A DNA stretch of 32,000 bases from assembly GCF_002803295.2 (NCBI RefSeq), contig NZ_PGGB02000012.1:1-32000 (forward strand), written 5' to 3'. The notes below the pieces were generated by a model that was given only the letters and a program-made list of their open reading frames with translations, was not told where the DNA came from and made no database searches. A program made the translations under genes and the position numbers. The first letter of the stretch is position 1; the number at the start of each line of letters is the position of its first letter. Positions 19,598 through 29,820 of this stretch are shown here, in pieces. Origin of the DNA: Caedibacter taeniospiralis (GTDB lineage: Bacteria > Pseudomonadota > Gammaproteobacteria > Francisellales > Francisellaceae).

Positions 19598-20029
19598 TCA
19601 TTTAAGCAGCAGCTGTTTTAGTTGATCAATATATATCGCTTCATCAGCTAAGGTCTGATATTTCTGTGAACTCCAGATAGACTCAGCCAGGTAATCCATC
19701 ATATCGTGCTGCACTTTATGCTCATCCTGATATTTTGCGCAAAGCTGTTGATAAATGGTCGAAATCCCAGAAGGTCGATTAGTCACCACCTGCTCTATCA
19801 AGCCAAGATGCAGACCCATGTGTAAAAATGGATTGGTTTCACCAAGTTCAGGTGGGAAGTCTTTGTCTAAATTATCCTGATTTGATAAATAATGCTGGTA
19901 TTCAGGATGACACTCAATCACTCGTGCAATTTGTGTTTCAAGAGCACTTAGCGCTTGCTTCGTTAAGTATTTGTGCCAGCTGTCAAAATATAATTTTCTC
20001 AGTTCAAGGCGATTTGAGTTAAAAATCAT
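19598..20029 (-). CDS. DUF1841-family conserved protein
   Basis: 143 aa: QIARVIECHPEYQHYL...NPFLHMGLHLGLIEQVVTNRPSGISTIYQQL...HKVQHDMMDYLAE. Overlaps the nth stop by 4 nt. Confidence 0.7.
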   Translation of the reverse strand: MIFNSNRLELRKLYFDSWHKYLTKQALSALETQIARVIECHPEYQHYLSNQDNLDKDFPPELGETNPFLHMGLHLGLIEQVVTNRPSGISTIYQQLCAKYQDEHKVQHDMMDYLAESIWSSQKYQTLADEAIYIDQLKQLLLK

Positions 20030-20664
20030 AAGTAGTCTTCTTTTTGTTTAAATTCACACAAAGCATAAATAGGGCATTGACCACATTTTGGCTTTTTTGC
20101 GGTACAAATATAGCGCCCATGCAAAATAAGCCAGTGATGTGCATTCTTTAAGAATTTTTTAGGGGTCACTTTCAGTAAGTGTTCCTCAACTTCATGCACA
20201 TTTTTGCCTGGGGCAAGATTAATACGATTAGCAATACGAAAAATATGGGTATCAACCGCCATGGTGAGTTCTCCAAAAGCAGTGTTTAAGACAACGTTGG
20301 CAGTCTTGCGCCCAACGCCTGGTAATGCCTCAAGTGATTTGCGTTCATATGGTACTTGACCATTGTGTTGCTCGATTAATATTTGACAGGTTTTAATGAT
20401 ATTTTTGGCTTTAGTTTTATACAAGCCAATCGATTGGATATATTCCATTAATCTGGTTTCACCCAAGGCGAGCATCGTCTTTGGTGTATTAGCGATAAGG
20501 TAAAGCTTATCAGTGGCTTTATTAACACTCGCGTCAGTTGCCTGTGCTGAGAGGATAACGGCAATTAACAACTCAAAGCTGGAGTTATAGCGGAGTTCTG
20601 TTGTCGGATTGGGATTGTTTTGTTGCCAAATCTCAAATATTTTCTGGCGTTTTAGCTTATTCAT
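20026..20664 (-). CDS. nth: Endonuclease III
   Basis: LLIAVILSAQATDASVNKAT, LPGVGRKTANVVLNTAFG, VDTHIFRIANRI and a CX6CX2CX5C Fe-S cluster (CTAKKPKCGQCPIYALC). Confidence 0.97.
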   Translation of the reverse strand: MNKLKRQKIFEIWQQNNPNPTTELRYNSSFELLIAVILSAQATDASVNKATDKLYLIANTPKTMLALGETRLMEYIQSIGLYKTKAKNIIKTCQILIEQHNGQVPYERKSLEALPGVGRKTANVVLNTAFGELTMAVDTHIFRIANRINLAPGKNVHEVEEHLLKVTPKKFLKNAHHWLILHGRYICTAKKPKCGQCPIYALCEFKQKEDYL

Positions 20665-20673
20665 AAGATTGCT

Positions 20674-21297
20674 TTAATCCAATTTCTTTTTGGCTTTAAA
20701 GTTAGCAAGTGCCTGTTGAATATACGCCTTTTTATCAATGTTTAAATTGTTGAGCTCAATATTTTGCTGATGCTTTTGGGTTTCAGCAACTTTTTGCTGC
20801 TTCATGCGAAATTTACGCTGGTTGTGTTTTAGGCGATAGTGATTTTTCTGTGCTTCGTTTTGCTTATGACTTAAAAATTTTGGTTGCTTTTGCAAAGGCA
20901 GCTCACGCATCTCAATGCAATCCATAGGGCATGGCTCAACACATAAATCGCACCCTGTGCATTCTTCCTCGATGACGGTGTGCATTAATTTTTTAGCGCC
21001 AATGATGGCGTCCACTGGGCAGGCTAAAATACACTTCATGCAACCAATGCACAGATTTTCATTAATCCACGCAATTTGTTTGGGCTGATGTTTACCACAG
21101 CTTTCATCCAGTGCAAGAGTTTCCCTTTGAAGTAAGTGAGCAAGCTTATCAGCGCCTTCTTGAGCTCCAGGTGGGCAGCGATTATGTTTCTCACCATTTT
21201 TTATTGCTTTGGCGTAATCATAGCAATCCTGATAGCCGCACTTAGTACACTGAGTTTGGGGTAAAATGGCATCTATGGCGTCAACGGATACGATCAT
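20674..21297 (-). CDS. RnfB/RsxB-like ferredoxin protein lacking the N-terminal membrane helix
   Basis: [28 protein letters not shown] and two 4Fe-4S motifs ([12 protein letters not shown]; [12 protein letters not shown]), plus a basic/Gln-rich C-terminal extension. Confidence 0.88.
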   Translation of the reverse strand: MIVSVDAIDAILPQTQCTKCGYQDCYDYAKAIKNGEKHNRCPPGAQEGADKLAHLLQRETLALDESCGKHQPKQIAWINENLCIGCMKCILACPVDAIIGAKKLMHTVIEEECTGCDLCVEPCPMDCIEMRELPLQKQPKFLSHKQNEAQKNHYRLKHNQRKFRMKQQKVAETQKHQQNIELNNLNIDKKAYIQQALANFKAKKKLD

Positions 21298-21361
21298 TTA
21301 ACTAACTAACTTGTCACTTTGATTTAGGCGGCATTGTAGCGTAAATCAATGAGAATATGAA

Positions 21362-21943
21362 TTATTGCTTTCGCAATAAGCAGGCGGAAACGGCACCCTG
21401 CCTGGTTTGTTTGAGTATACTGAAATGCACCAATAAGTCTGGTGGCGTTATCGTTGGATATTCGGCATAGATTAGCGCGTCTTGGCTTATGTTTTCATTG
21501 GCAAGAATAAGGGATAATGCCTCGCTTAAAAGCTCACTTTTAAAAGGGGGGTCTAGAAAAATCAGCTGATAATTGAGGCAATGCTGCACATGACTTAAGA
21601 CATTGGCGTGATAAATGTTGGCATTATCTGCGTTTAATTTATTTTTAGTATGCTCTAATTGTTTAATCGCTTGTGCATCAAGCTCAAAAAAATCACAAGA
21701 TTTTGCAAGACGTGATAAGGCTTCAAAGCCAAGAGCTCCACTGCCAGCAAAGGCATCAAGGCATTTTGCCTCAACAATGTAGGGCATAAGCCAGTTAAAC
21801 AGAGTCTCACGCAGGCGATCAGAGGTGGGGCGAAGATCGGCATTTTTGCGCGCGGAAAATTCAATGTGGTGTGCTTTATATTTTCCCGAAATAATGCGGA
21901 TTTTACTTGATGACGGTGTTGTTGTCTTAGGGGGATAAGCCAT
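21362..21943 (-). CDS. rsmD: 16S rRNA (guanine(966)-N(2))-methyltransferase
   Basis: [56 protein letters not shown]. Confidence 0.95.
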   Translation of the reverse strand: MAYPPKTTTPSSSKIRIISGKYKAHHIEFSARKNADLRPTSDRLRETLFNWLMPYIVEAKCLDAFAGSGALGFEALSRLAKSCDFFELDAQAIKQLEHTKNKLNADNANIYHANVLSHVQHCLNYQLIFLDPPFKSELLSEALSLILANENISQDALIYAEYPTITPPDLLVHFSILKQTRQGAVSACLLRKQ

Positions 21944-21948
21944 GGAAG

Positions 21949-23019
21949 TTACTCACGCATTTTCCAGAATAAAAAGCCCAGTATAACCACAAAAATAATA
22001 CTTGGAATTGCTGCCCCCCAGAAGGCGGACAGGTTATAGACTAAGCTAAAGGGACCAAAGGTCTGGTTAATAATATAGAAGCTAAAACCAAACAGCATGC
22101 CAATAATAAACTTATAGCCCAAAGCAGATGAGCGCATTGAACCTAAAGAGAAAGGAACGGCGATCAGCATGAGAATGATTAAAGACAATGGTTGGAAAAA
22201 AATCTGCCAGAATTTAAGCCAGATGCGGTTGGAGCTTTGTTGACCTTCTTTGTTAAGTTTAATGTAGTCCACTAGTTCGTTTAAATTTAAGTATTCTGTA
22301 TTTGATGTAATTATTTTTAACAGTAAAGGCGGGAGTAAATTATGCCAGTATTGCTTTTTGTCATGATAAACAATGCTGCTGTCTTTGCCAATTTGAGTGC
22401 TAGTAACATTATTGACTTGCCACTGATCGTTTTTGAAGTTTGCATTCTCAGCATGATCAATAGCAGTAAGTTGATTGCTGTCAATCGTATATTTGGTGAT
22501 GTGGTTTAACTTCCCGCTAGTATCATTTTGCCCTACATGAATGAAAGCATTACCTTCTCTGATCCATAAAGTTTGTGTGTCATACAAAACCAGAGCTTCA
22601 TTGCCGCCCGTGGCGAGCGTTTTATTTATCGTGGCTTTTTTCTGAAAGTAAGGAGCAATATAGGCGCCTGTGAGGAAAGTCAAAAAAGCCAAACCAAAAG
22701 CTGCAAGCAGAACGCCTTTGGCAATTTGCGTAATGGATTGCCCTGAGGCACGCATCACGATAAGCTCGCTGTTGTTCGCGAGGAGACCCAAGCCCATTAG
22801 TCCGCCTAAAAGTGCGCACACAGGCATGATGAGGTAAATATTAGCAGGCGCTTCATAAAGGACGTACAAAAAGGCAGAAAGGGCAGAGAAGTTTCCTTTC
22901 CCAATGTCACCTGCCTGGGCGATATAGGTGAACAAAAAGAAAATGGCAGTCAATGCCAGAATCATGATAAATGAGGTGTATAAGACGGTTGAAGCAACGT
23001 ATAAGGTTAGGCGTTTCAT
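21949..23019 (-). CDS. lptG: LPS export system permease LptG
   Basis: YjgP/YjgQ-family membrane protein. [11 protein letters not shown] coupling motif and a C-terminal transmembrane cluster; paired with lptF. Confidence 0.9.
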   Translation of the reverse strand: MKRLTLYVASTVLYTSFIMILALTAIFFLFTYIAQAGDIGKGNFSALSAFLYVLYEAPANIYLIMPVCALLGGLMGLGLLANNSELIVMRASGQSITQIAKGVLLAAFGLAFLTFLTGAYIAPYFQKKATINKTLATGGNEALVLYDTQTLWIREGNAFIHVGQNDTSGKLNHITKYTIDSNQLTAIDHAENANFKNDQWQVNNVTSTQIGKDSSIVYHDKKQYWHNLLPPLLLKIITSNTEYLNLNELVDYIKLNKEGQQSSNRIWLKFWQIFFQPLSLIILMLIAVPFSLGSMRSSALGYKFIIGMLFGFSFYIINQTFGPFSLVYNLSAFWGAAIPSIIFVVILGFLFWKMRE

Positions 23020-24131
23020 ATTTTCCCCATTTTGCCCACTTTGCTTTTGACGGCGAAAATCTGTCCGTTATATTGCTTTAAAATGAAAAGCATAACACCT
23101 GCAAAAACAAAATGCACCCACCAAAGTCCAATCCAGCCAGGGATGTTGCCATTATTTAACCATGACTTAGATAGTGAGAGGAGGTTAAAGTAAATGATAA
23201 AAACCAGGAGAGCTGGAATAATTTTGTTATAACGACTTTGTCGCGGTCGCATTTTACACATGGCTAACGCGATAAGGGATGACACCAGGATCGCAATAGG
23301 AAAGCTTAGACGCCACTGAAACTCAGCTTGGTAACGAGGATTGTCTGTATTGGTAAGCTCAGATGTGGGTACAGCTTCAACCGATGCGTTGTAGTCAAGC
23401 GTAACTTTGGATGAAATAAATTGTGTAGCCTGAGCGAACTGTCCTTTTTGTAACTCAGCACTTCCTGGTCTGGCATCATAGAAATAGCCATTTGCTAACA
23501 CCAAATATTGATCTCCATTAGCCTCTGTTTGGGCATAACCCGTTGGTGCGGTAATGATGGTACTGCCATTATTTGGCTTTTGCTGATAAATAAAAATATC
23601 ATGCATGGTACCATCACTATCGATGGATTTGGTATAAACCACTTGCTTCCCATCACTAAAAGGAATAATTTTCCCAGGCTGAACAAAACTGATCAGGGAG
23701 TTTTTTGTCGTTGTTTTTTGTACCAGAAAATAGTTTTGATCCATTTTAGGCAATATGGTGATCGTCAGAATCAGCTCAATGATAAATAAGCTAAGTGCTG
23801 GTATAAAAATAAACTTTAGCAGTTGAAACCAGCTGATGCCGCAAGCAAAGATAACCGTGAGTTCATTATTAGCAAACAGCTTGCCGTAGACTATTAAAAT
23901 GGCAAAGAAAAAACTAATGGGTAATAGATAGGCAATGTACTTAGGTAGCATGACGGAAATCATTTTGAACACCGCTCCTGCTTCGATGTTTCCTCCAGAG
24001 GCAATGGATAAGTAACGCACAAACATATTGCTGATGACGATCAAAAGCAAAATCAGAATAATTGCCATCGTCATATTAACAAGCTCACGGTTTAAGTAAC
24101 GAAGTAATATCAAAAGAGCGTCCTCTATCAA
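23016..24131 (-). CDS. lptF: LPS export system permease LptF
   Basis: YjgP/YjgQ-family membrane protein. ELTVIFACGISWFQLLKFIFIPAL; 4-nt overlap with lptG. Confidence 0.9.
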   Translation of the reverse strand: MIEDALLILLRYLNRELVNMTMAIILILLLIVISNMFVRYLSIASGGNIEAGAVFKMISVMLPKYIAYLLPISFFFAILIVYGKLFANNELTVIFACGISWFQLLKFIFIPALSLFIIELILTITILPKMDQNYFLVQKTTTKNSLISFVQPGKIIPFSDGKQVVYTKSIDSDGTMHDIFIYQQKPNNGSTIITAPTGYAQTEANGDQYLVLANGYFYDARPGSAELQKGQFAQATQFISSKVTLDYNASVEAVPTSELTNTDNPRYQAEFQWRLSFPIAILVSSLIALAMCKMRPRQSRYNKIIPALLVFIIYFNLLSLSKSWLNNGNIPGWIGLWWVHFVFAGVMLFILKQYNGQIFAVKSKVGKMGKI

Positions 24132-24361
24132 GTCTTTGGTTGATTAATGTAATCGCTATGCCAAAATCTTAACGCATTTTACATGAATATCCGAGAAAAT
24201 CAGCGGCGTTGCCAGCGATTTCATTGGAATATTGTGATAGATTGCATGCTGTTTAATAGGGTATTTGTTAGAGTTCCTTATTAGTCCGTCATTTTAGTTG
24301 GCGTAATCAGCGCAATTTGGTAGATTGCAGCATCAAAAGATAAGTAAAATTAAGGCATAAA

Positions 24362-25357
24362 ATGATTTTAATTACAGGTGGTACAGGGTTTATTGGTTCA
24401 CACACCGTGGTTGAATTTTTAACGGCAGGTTTGGAGGTTGTTATCTTGGATAACCTATATAACAGCAGCGCAAATATGATTGAACGGGTACAGCAAATAA
24501 CCCATATGAAGCCCGTATTTGTTAAAGGGGATATTCGTGATGAGCGTACTCTTCAGACCATATTTAAGCAATACAAAATAGAAATGGTTATTCATTTCGC
24601 TGCATTAAAAGCGGTGGGTGAGAGCGTCTTTAAGCCTTTGGAGTACTATGATAACAATGTTGCAGGAACACTGAATTTACTAAAGGTGATGCAAGAAAAC
24701 GGTGTTAAAAAGTTTGTCTTTAGTTCATCAGCAACCGTCTATGGTAATCCAGTGGAAATGCCAATTACTGAAAACTGTCCAATTGGTGTGCCAACGAATC
24801 CCTATGGCGTGTCAAAGGTGATGGTTGAAAAAGTATTACAAGATATAGCTTTTGCTGACACATCATGGTCCATTGCTTTATTGCGGTATTTCAACCCAGT
24901 TGGGGCGCATGAAAGCGGTTTGATTGGCGAGTTGCCAAACGGCATTCCAAATAACTTATTGCCTTATTTAACCCAGGTTGTCAGCGGTAAACTAGCTAAA
25001 TTACCGGTATTTGGCAATGATTACAACACCCCAGATGGGACATGTATTCGCGATTATATTCATGTCGTTGATTTGGCAATGGGACACTTAAAAGCCTACG
25101 AATATATCAAAGCTAAAACAGGTTGCTTTGTGTGGAATCTGGGTACTGGCAACGGCTATTCTGTACTTGAGGTGATCAGCGCATTTGAACAAGCCACAGG
25201 CAAAAAAGTGCCTTTTGAAATAAAACCAAGGCGTATGGGTGACATTGATGAATGTTGGGCTGATTGTAGTAAAGCCAAAGTTGAGCTCAACTGGCAAGCA
25301 ACAAGGGACATTCATCAAATGATGATTGATAGCTGGGGCTGGCAAAATCGTCAGTAA
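24362..25357 (+). CDS. galE: UDP-glucose 4-epimerase
   Basis: LITGGTGFIGSHTVVEFL, SSSATVYGNP...YGVSK, RYFNPVGAHESGLIGE. Confidence 0.95.
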   Translation: MILITGGTGFIGSHTVVEFLTAGLEVVILDNLYNSSANMIERVQQITHMKPVFVKGDIRDERTLQTIFKQYKIEMVIHFAALKAVGESVFKPLEYYDNNVAGTLNLLKVMQENGVKKFVFSSSATVYGNPVEMPITENCPIGVPTNPYGVSKVMVEKVLQDIAFADTSWSIALLRYFNPVGAHESGLIGELPNGIPNNLLPYLTQVVSGKLAKLPVFGNDYNTPDGTCIRDYIHVVDLAMGHLKAYEYIKAKTGCFVWNLGTGNGYSVLEVISAFEQATGKKVPFEIKPRRMGDIDECWADCSKAKVELNWQATRDIHQMMIDSWGWQNRQ

Positions 25358-25424
25358 TTAAAAGAATTGTACTTCCTTGTAATCTCTGCCACTATGCAGC
25401 AATGACTTTAAAAGCGAAACTTGC

Positions 25425-27797
25425 ATGTTATACCACACAATTAACTTCAAAAGACGCTTATGTGCCTGGCTTATCCTCGTGATCTTAAGTTTGTCTGGTT
25501 TTGCTTTTTTATTGATACAAGGCTTACCGATAAACACCAATATGCTTGCTCTTTTGCCTGGTGCTAAGGAATCAGATAGCATTCAAAAAACTGCCGATGG
25601 TTTTGCCAATCAGATGGGAAAACAGATGGTGATCTTGGTTGGGAATTCAGATCAGCAAAAAGCATTACAAGCCTCGGATATATTCACTTTCAAACTTAAG
25701 CAATCGAATGACTTTAGCGTGGTTACTAATGAGGTAAGCACAAATGAACAAGAGGCCTGGGGGCAATTTTATTTTCCCTATCGCCTATCCTTACTCTCAA
25801 GCTCTGATACACGTTTAATGGGAGGTCATGAATTTGATAAAATTGAGCAAGAAGCGCTATCTAATCTCTATAACCCAATGGGAATCACCAATTCGAGACT
25901 TCTTGAAACCGACCCGTTTTCGCTATTTCAGCGTTTTATTCTTGAGCTACCTAAACCCTCTAACACGCTTGAGTTATATCAGAATCATCTTATGACGGAA
26001 AGCGATGGCATCTGGTATAGCATGATCAATGCGACCTTGAAGGAGGGTAGCTTTTCACTCTCTAATCAAAGTAAAATCACTGATTTATTGGCAAGCACGC
26101 AAACTGAGATTCAAGAGATATACCCAGAAACCCATTACTTGATGACTGGCATGATCTTCTACGCCAAAGCAGGCACTGATAGCGCGCATCATGATGTTTC
26201 GATTATCGGTGCTGGTTCATTGATTGGCATTATCCTATTGGTACTTATGTGCTTTCGCTCTATCTTACCTCTGTTATTGACTCTTTTTTCCAGTGCGATG
26301 GGATTTGTGTTTGCCTTCGTAGTAACCTATCTCATCTTTGGTGAGGTGTTTTTATTTACCCTCGTTTTTGGCGCAAGCCTTATTGGCATTTCGGTGGATT
26401 ATGCTTTCTTTTACTATGCCGATCGACTTTATGGTGGCAAAAACTGGGATTCACAATCAGGATTAAAGCGGATATTCTCAGGTATCACCCTTGGGTTATT
26501 CAATGTGATCATTGCCTATGTAATCATTGCGGTTGCGCCTTTTCCAGGCTTAAGGCAACTGGCAAGTTTCGCTATTAGCGGTTTGTTTATGTCCTATTTA
26601 ACCGTTGTGAGTCTCTTTCCTTACGTGCTTCGCGCAAAAAACACCACGCATGATTCGATAATTAATCGCATGTCTAGCGCTTATCTTAGACTTTGGCAAG
26701 GTTTATCAGCTGCCAAAATCATCCTCATTTACCTTATCCTTAGTATCATCGTAATAGCCGGTGTTAGACGTTTACATGTCAATGATGACATTCGTATTTT
26801 AGAGTCCACGCCACATGCCCTAAAAAGCAACGAGCAGCAGCTAAAATCAATTATCGATAGCGATGTCAGCACCAATTTCGTGATTATTACTGGAGACTCT
26901 GGCGATGAGGTGATAGCGCATGAGCATGAGTTTGTACGCTTGATTAAACAGGATAACCCTGAGATTGCACACCCAGTCATTGCCATTAGCCAATATTTAC
27001 CTGATATTAACACTCAAAAGCAAAATTATGACTTGGTGCGCAATAATTTACTCAATGCTCGTTTGTTAAAATTTTTTGCTGACATTGGCGTTGACCCCAA
27101 AGAAGTAGAGCGCATACAGCGGGCACTAAGCTCGATTTCATTTAAACCGCTCACCGTTGATGCGTGGTTAAACTCGCCTATATCAGAAAATTTAAAATTC
27201 CTGTGGATGGGGGAGCTCTATCGTGGAGAGGGAAGGGCTCCACAATTTGCCTCTGTTGTTTTATTGTCGCAAAAACTTAATATGACCAGTATCAAGGCGT
27301 TAGCTGCGAAGCTCGCTTATGCAGGTTTTATCAATAAAGCCGATGATATTTCGAGTGTTTTTAAAACATATCGCCAGTATATTGGTTGGCTACTTATCCT
27401 TGTTTTTGCTGTCTTGTTTTTATTATTGCTACTGCGTTACCGCAATATTAAAAAAACCTTCTGTTACTTTATTCCCCCAACCATGGCAACCCTTTTAAGT
27501 CTTGCTGTATTCGGTCTCTTTAATGTACCCATCACCTTGTTTAGTATTCTGGCACTCATCTTAGTGTTAGGAATTGCCGTTGACTATGTGCTATTTTTTG
27601 CCGAGACCAGATCGACAACTCACAGCACGATGCTCGCGGTCGCGCTCTCAGCAATCACTACCATCTTATCATTTGGTCTGTTGGCATTTAGCCAAACTCC
27701 CGTCATTCACTACTTTGGTCTGGCTGTTTTCGTTGGAATCACCAGCGCATTTTTGCTATCGCCATTAAGCTCTAACGTAACTTACCGCCCTATTTAA
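25425..27797 (+). CDS. MMPL/RND-type predicted exporter
   Basis: 790 aa with two transmembrane blocks. Contains GISVDYAFFYYADR and GIAVDYVLFFAETR repeats typical of this family. Confidence 0.85.
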   Translation: MLYHTINFKRRLCAWLILVILSLSGFAFLLIQGLPINTNMLALLPGAKESDSIQKTADGFANQMGKQMVILVGNSDQQKALQASDIFTFKLKQSNDFSVVTNEVSTNEQEAWGQFYFPYRLSLLSSSDTRLMGGHEFDKIEQEALSNLYNPMGITNSRLLETDPFSLFQRFILELPKPSNTLELYQNHLMTESDGIWYSMINATLKEGSFSLSNQSKITDLLASTQTEIQEIYPETHYLMTGMIFYAKAGTDSAHHDVSIIGAGSLIGIILLVLMCFRSILPLLLTLFSSAMGFVFAFVVTYLIFGEVFLFTLVFGASLIGISVDYAFFYYADRLYGGKNWDSQSGLKRIFSGITLGLFNVIIAYVIIAVAPFPGLRQLASFAISGLFMSYLTVVSLFPYVLRAKNTTHDSIINRMSSAYLRLWQGLSAAKIILIYLILSIIVIAGVRRLHVNDDIRILESTPHALKSNEQQLKSIIDSDVSTNFVIITGDSGDEVIAHEHEFVRLIKQDNPEIAHPVIAISQYLPDINTQKQNYDLVRNNLLNARLLKFFADIGVDPKEVERIQRALSSISFKPLTVDAWLNSPISENLKFLWMGELYRGEGRAPQFASVVLLSQKLNMTSIKALAAKLAYAGFINKADDISSVFKTYRQYIGWLLILVFAVLFLLLLLRYRNIKKTFCYFIPPTMATLLSLAVFGLFNVPITLFSILALILVLGIAVDYVLFFAETRSTTHSTMLAVALSAITTILSFGLLAFSQTPVIHYFGLAVFVGITSAFLLSPLSSNVTYRPI

Positions 27798-29819
27798 CCA
27801 GCGTTTAATAATGAGATCAATGCTTTCAGGGTGGGAGGCAATAAGCCTATCGGCAATGCGGGTGACATCATCGAAAAGTGCCTGATGTTGACTTAAATCA
27901 GCGACTTTGAATTGAATATCCCCTGTTTGATTTTTACCAAAAATGTCCCCATGACCGCGAAGTTTAAGGTCTTCCTCGGCGATCACAAAACCATCTTGTG
28001 TCTGGCGCATAAGTTCAAGCCGTTTTCTGGCCGTATAAGACAAGGGGGACTGGTAGAGAAGGATGCAATTACTTTCCTTTTCTCCGCGACCCACACGTCC
28101 TCTTAACTGATGCAATTGTGATAAACCCAAACGCTCGGCATTATCGATGATCATAAGATTGGCATGAGGCACATCGACACCAACTTCAATCACCGTTGTC
28201 GCGACTAAGAGGTCAATTTGATGTGCTTTGAATTGAAGCATAATGTCGGTTTTTTGCTGAGATTTCAGTTTGCCATGAATAAGACCAATGCGCGCATGAG
28301 GAAGCGTGAGCTTAAGCATTTCAAATAAAGACTCCGCATCCTGCAAGCTCACCAACACTTCTGAAGTTTCGATTAAAGGGCATACCCAATAGGCTTGACC
28401 ATTGTTTTGGATATGCTGCCTAAGCCTGGTGATGAGAGCTTCTTTTTTGCTTTGATTTAACACACTGGTGGTAATGGGCTTGCGATTAGGGGGTAGCTCA
28501 TCAATGATAGATAGATCTAAATCACCATAAACCGTCATCGCCAGTGTGCGTGGTATTGGTGTGGCAGTCATCACAATTTGGTGCGGCTGCCAGGCATTCA
28601 CGCGGGCTTTCTCAAGTAAAGCCAGGCGCTGCTCAACGCCAAAACGGTGCTGTTCATCAATAATTACAAGTCCAAGCTTTGGATATTCAATGCTTTGCTG
28701 AAAAACAGCATGCGTGCCTATGATCACGCAATTATAATGGGCATTAATGATCCCAACTGCCTTGTTACGCTCACTGGCTGTGAGTTTTTGTGCCACAAAA
28801 ACAACGGGGATATTAAAATCGTTGAGCCATTTCGATAGGTTGTGATGGTGTTGCTCTGCCAGAATTTCTGTTGGTGCCATCATCACGGACTGAAGATTAT
28901 TTGCTGATGCCTGAATTAAGGCGGCTGCTGCGATAACGGTTTTGCCTGAGCCTACATCACCTTGTACCAAACGTAAGGTCGGTTTGGCTAAGCTTAAGTC
29001 AGTGAATATCTCGTGAATGACGCGCAGTTGTGCCTGAGTTGGGGTGAAGCCCAGTTGTTCAATCAGTTGATTTAACCGTGTATTTTGGATATGAATGGGC
29101 GCAAAAGGTGTAGACTGATTGGTGATACGTGCTTTTTTGGCATTGAGATTATGCGCCAGCATCTCTTCTAATGCCAGGCGATATCTTGCTTTACTTGCCA
29201 ACTGCATGGCTTGACCAAAATGGGTATTTTCAGGGAAGTGAATATGATGTAAAGCAGTGTTGATTTCAGGTAACTGATAATGATGTAAAATGCTTTGCGG
29301 CAAAGCCTCTTGGAAGATATTGTGTGTTTTTAGCTGTTGGATTAATCGGTAGATTACGCTAGAGCTAAGACCTTCAATGCTTGGGTAAACAGGAGTGATC
29401 TCCCCTGATGGGTTTTGATCTTGATGCGTGATAATTTGCCATTCAGGATGAATGATTTCAATGCCATGATGATTATGAATGATCTCGCCAAAACAGCGAA
29501 GTATGCGTCCTTTCTGTAACAAATTCACTTGGTTGGGATAGAACTTAAACAGGTGCATTATGCAGGTGCCACTATCGTCGGAAAAATAACAGCTAAGATG
29601 TTTTTTGCCATAATCTGAGACATTTACCTGGCGAATAACGCCTTCAATCTGCTGCTTTTGTCCTGGAGTCGTTCTTGCGATCGCTGTGATAGCGCGCCTA
29701 TCCTGATAATCTTTAGGTAAGTGTAATAACAAATCACACGAGGTATAAATCTCAGCTTTATGCAGTTTGCCAAGCGTTGATTTACCCATGCCTTTTAGTG
29801 ATTCAAGCGCAATCATCAA
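27765..29819 (-). CDS. recG: ATP-dependent DNA helicase RecG
   Basis: LVQGDVGSGKTVIAAAALIQA, IIDEQHRFGVEQR, MTATPIPRTLAMTVYGDLDLSIIDELPPNRKPI, HQLRGRVGRG. Confidence 0.97.
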   Translation of the reverse strand: MMIALESLKGMGKSTLGKLHKAEIYTSCDLLLHLPKDYQDRRAITAIARTTPGQKQQIEGVIRQVNVSDYGKKHLSCYFSDDSGTCIMHLFKFYPNQVNLLQKGRILRCFGEIIHNHHGIEIIHPEWQIITHQDQNPSGEITPVYPSIEGLSSSVIYRLIQQLKTHNIFQEALPQSILHHYQLPEINTALHHIHFPENTHFGQAMQLASKARYRLALEEMLAHNLNAKKARITNQSTPFAPIHIQNTRLNQLIEQLGFTPTQAQLRVIHEIFTDLSLAKPTLRLVQGDVGSGKTVIAAAALIQASANNLQSVMMAPTEILAEQHHHNLSKWLNDFNIPVVFVAQKLTASERNKAVGIINAHYNCVIIGTHAVFQQSIEYPKLGLVIIDEQHRFGVEQRLALLEKARVNAWQPHQIVMTATPIPRTLAMTVYGDLDLSIIDELPPNRKPITTSVLNQSKKEALITRLRQHIQNNGQAYWVCPLIETSEVLVSLQDAESLFEMLKLTLPHARIGLIHGKLKSQQKTDIMLQFKAHQIDLLVATTVIEVGVDVPHANLMIIDNAERLGLSQLHQLRGRVGRGEKESNCILLYQSPLSYTARKRLELMRQTQDGFVIAEEDLKLRGHGDIFGKNQTGDIQFKVADLSQHQALFDDVTRIADRLIASHPESIDLIIKRWLNRAVSYVRA

Positions 29820-29820
29820 G

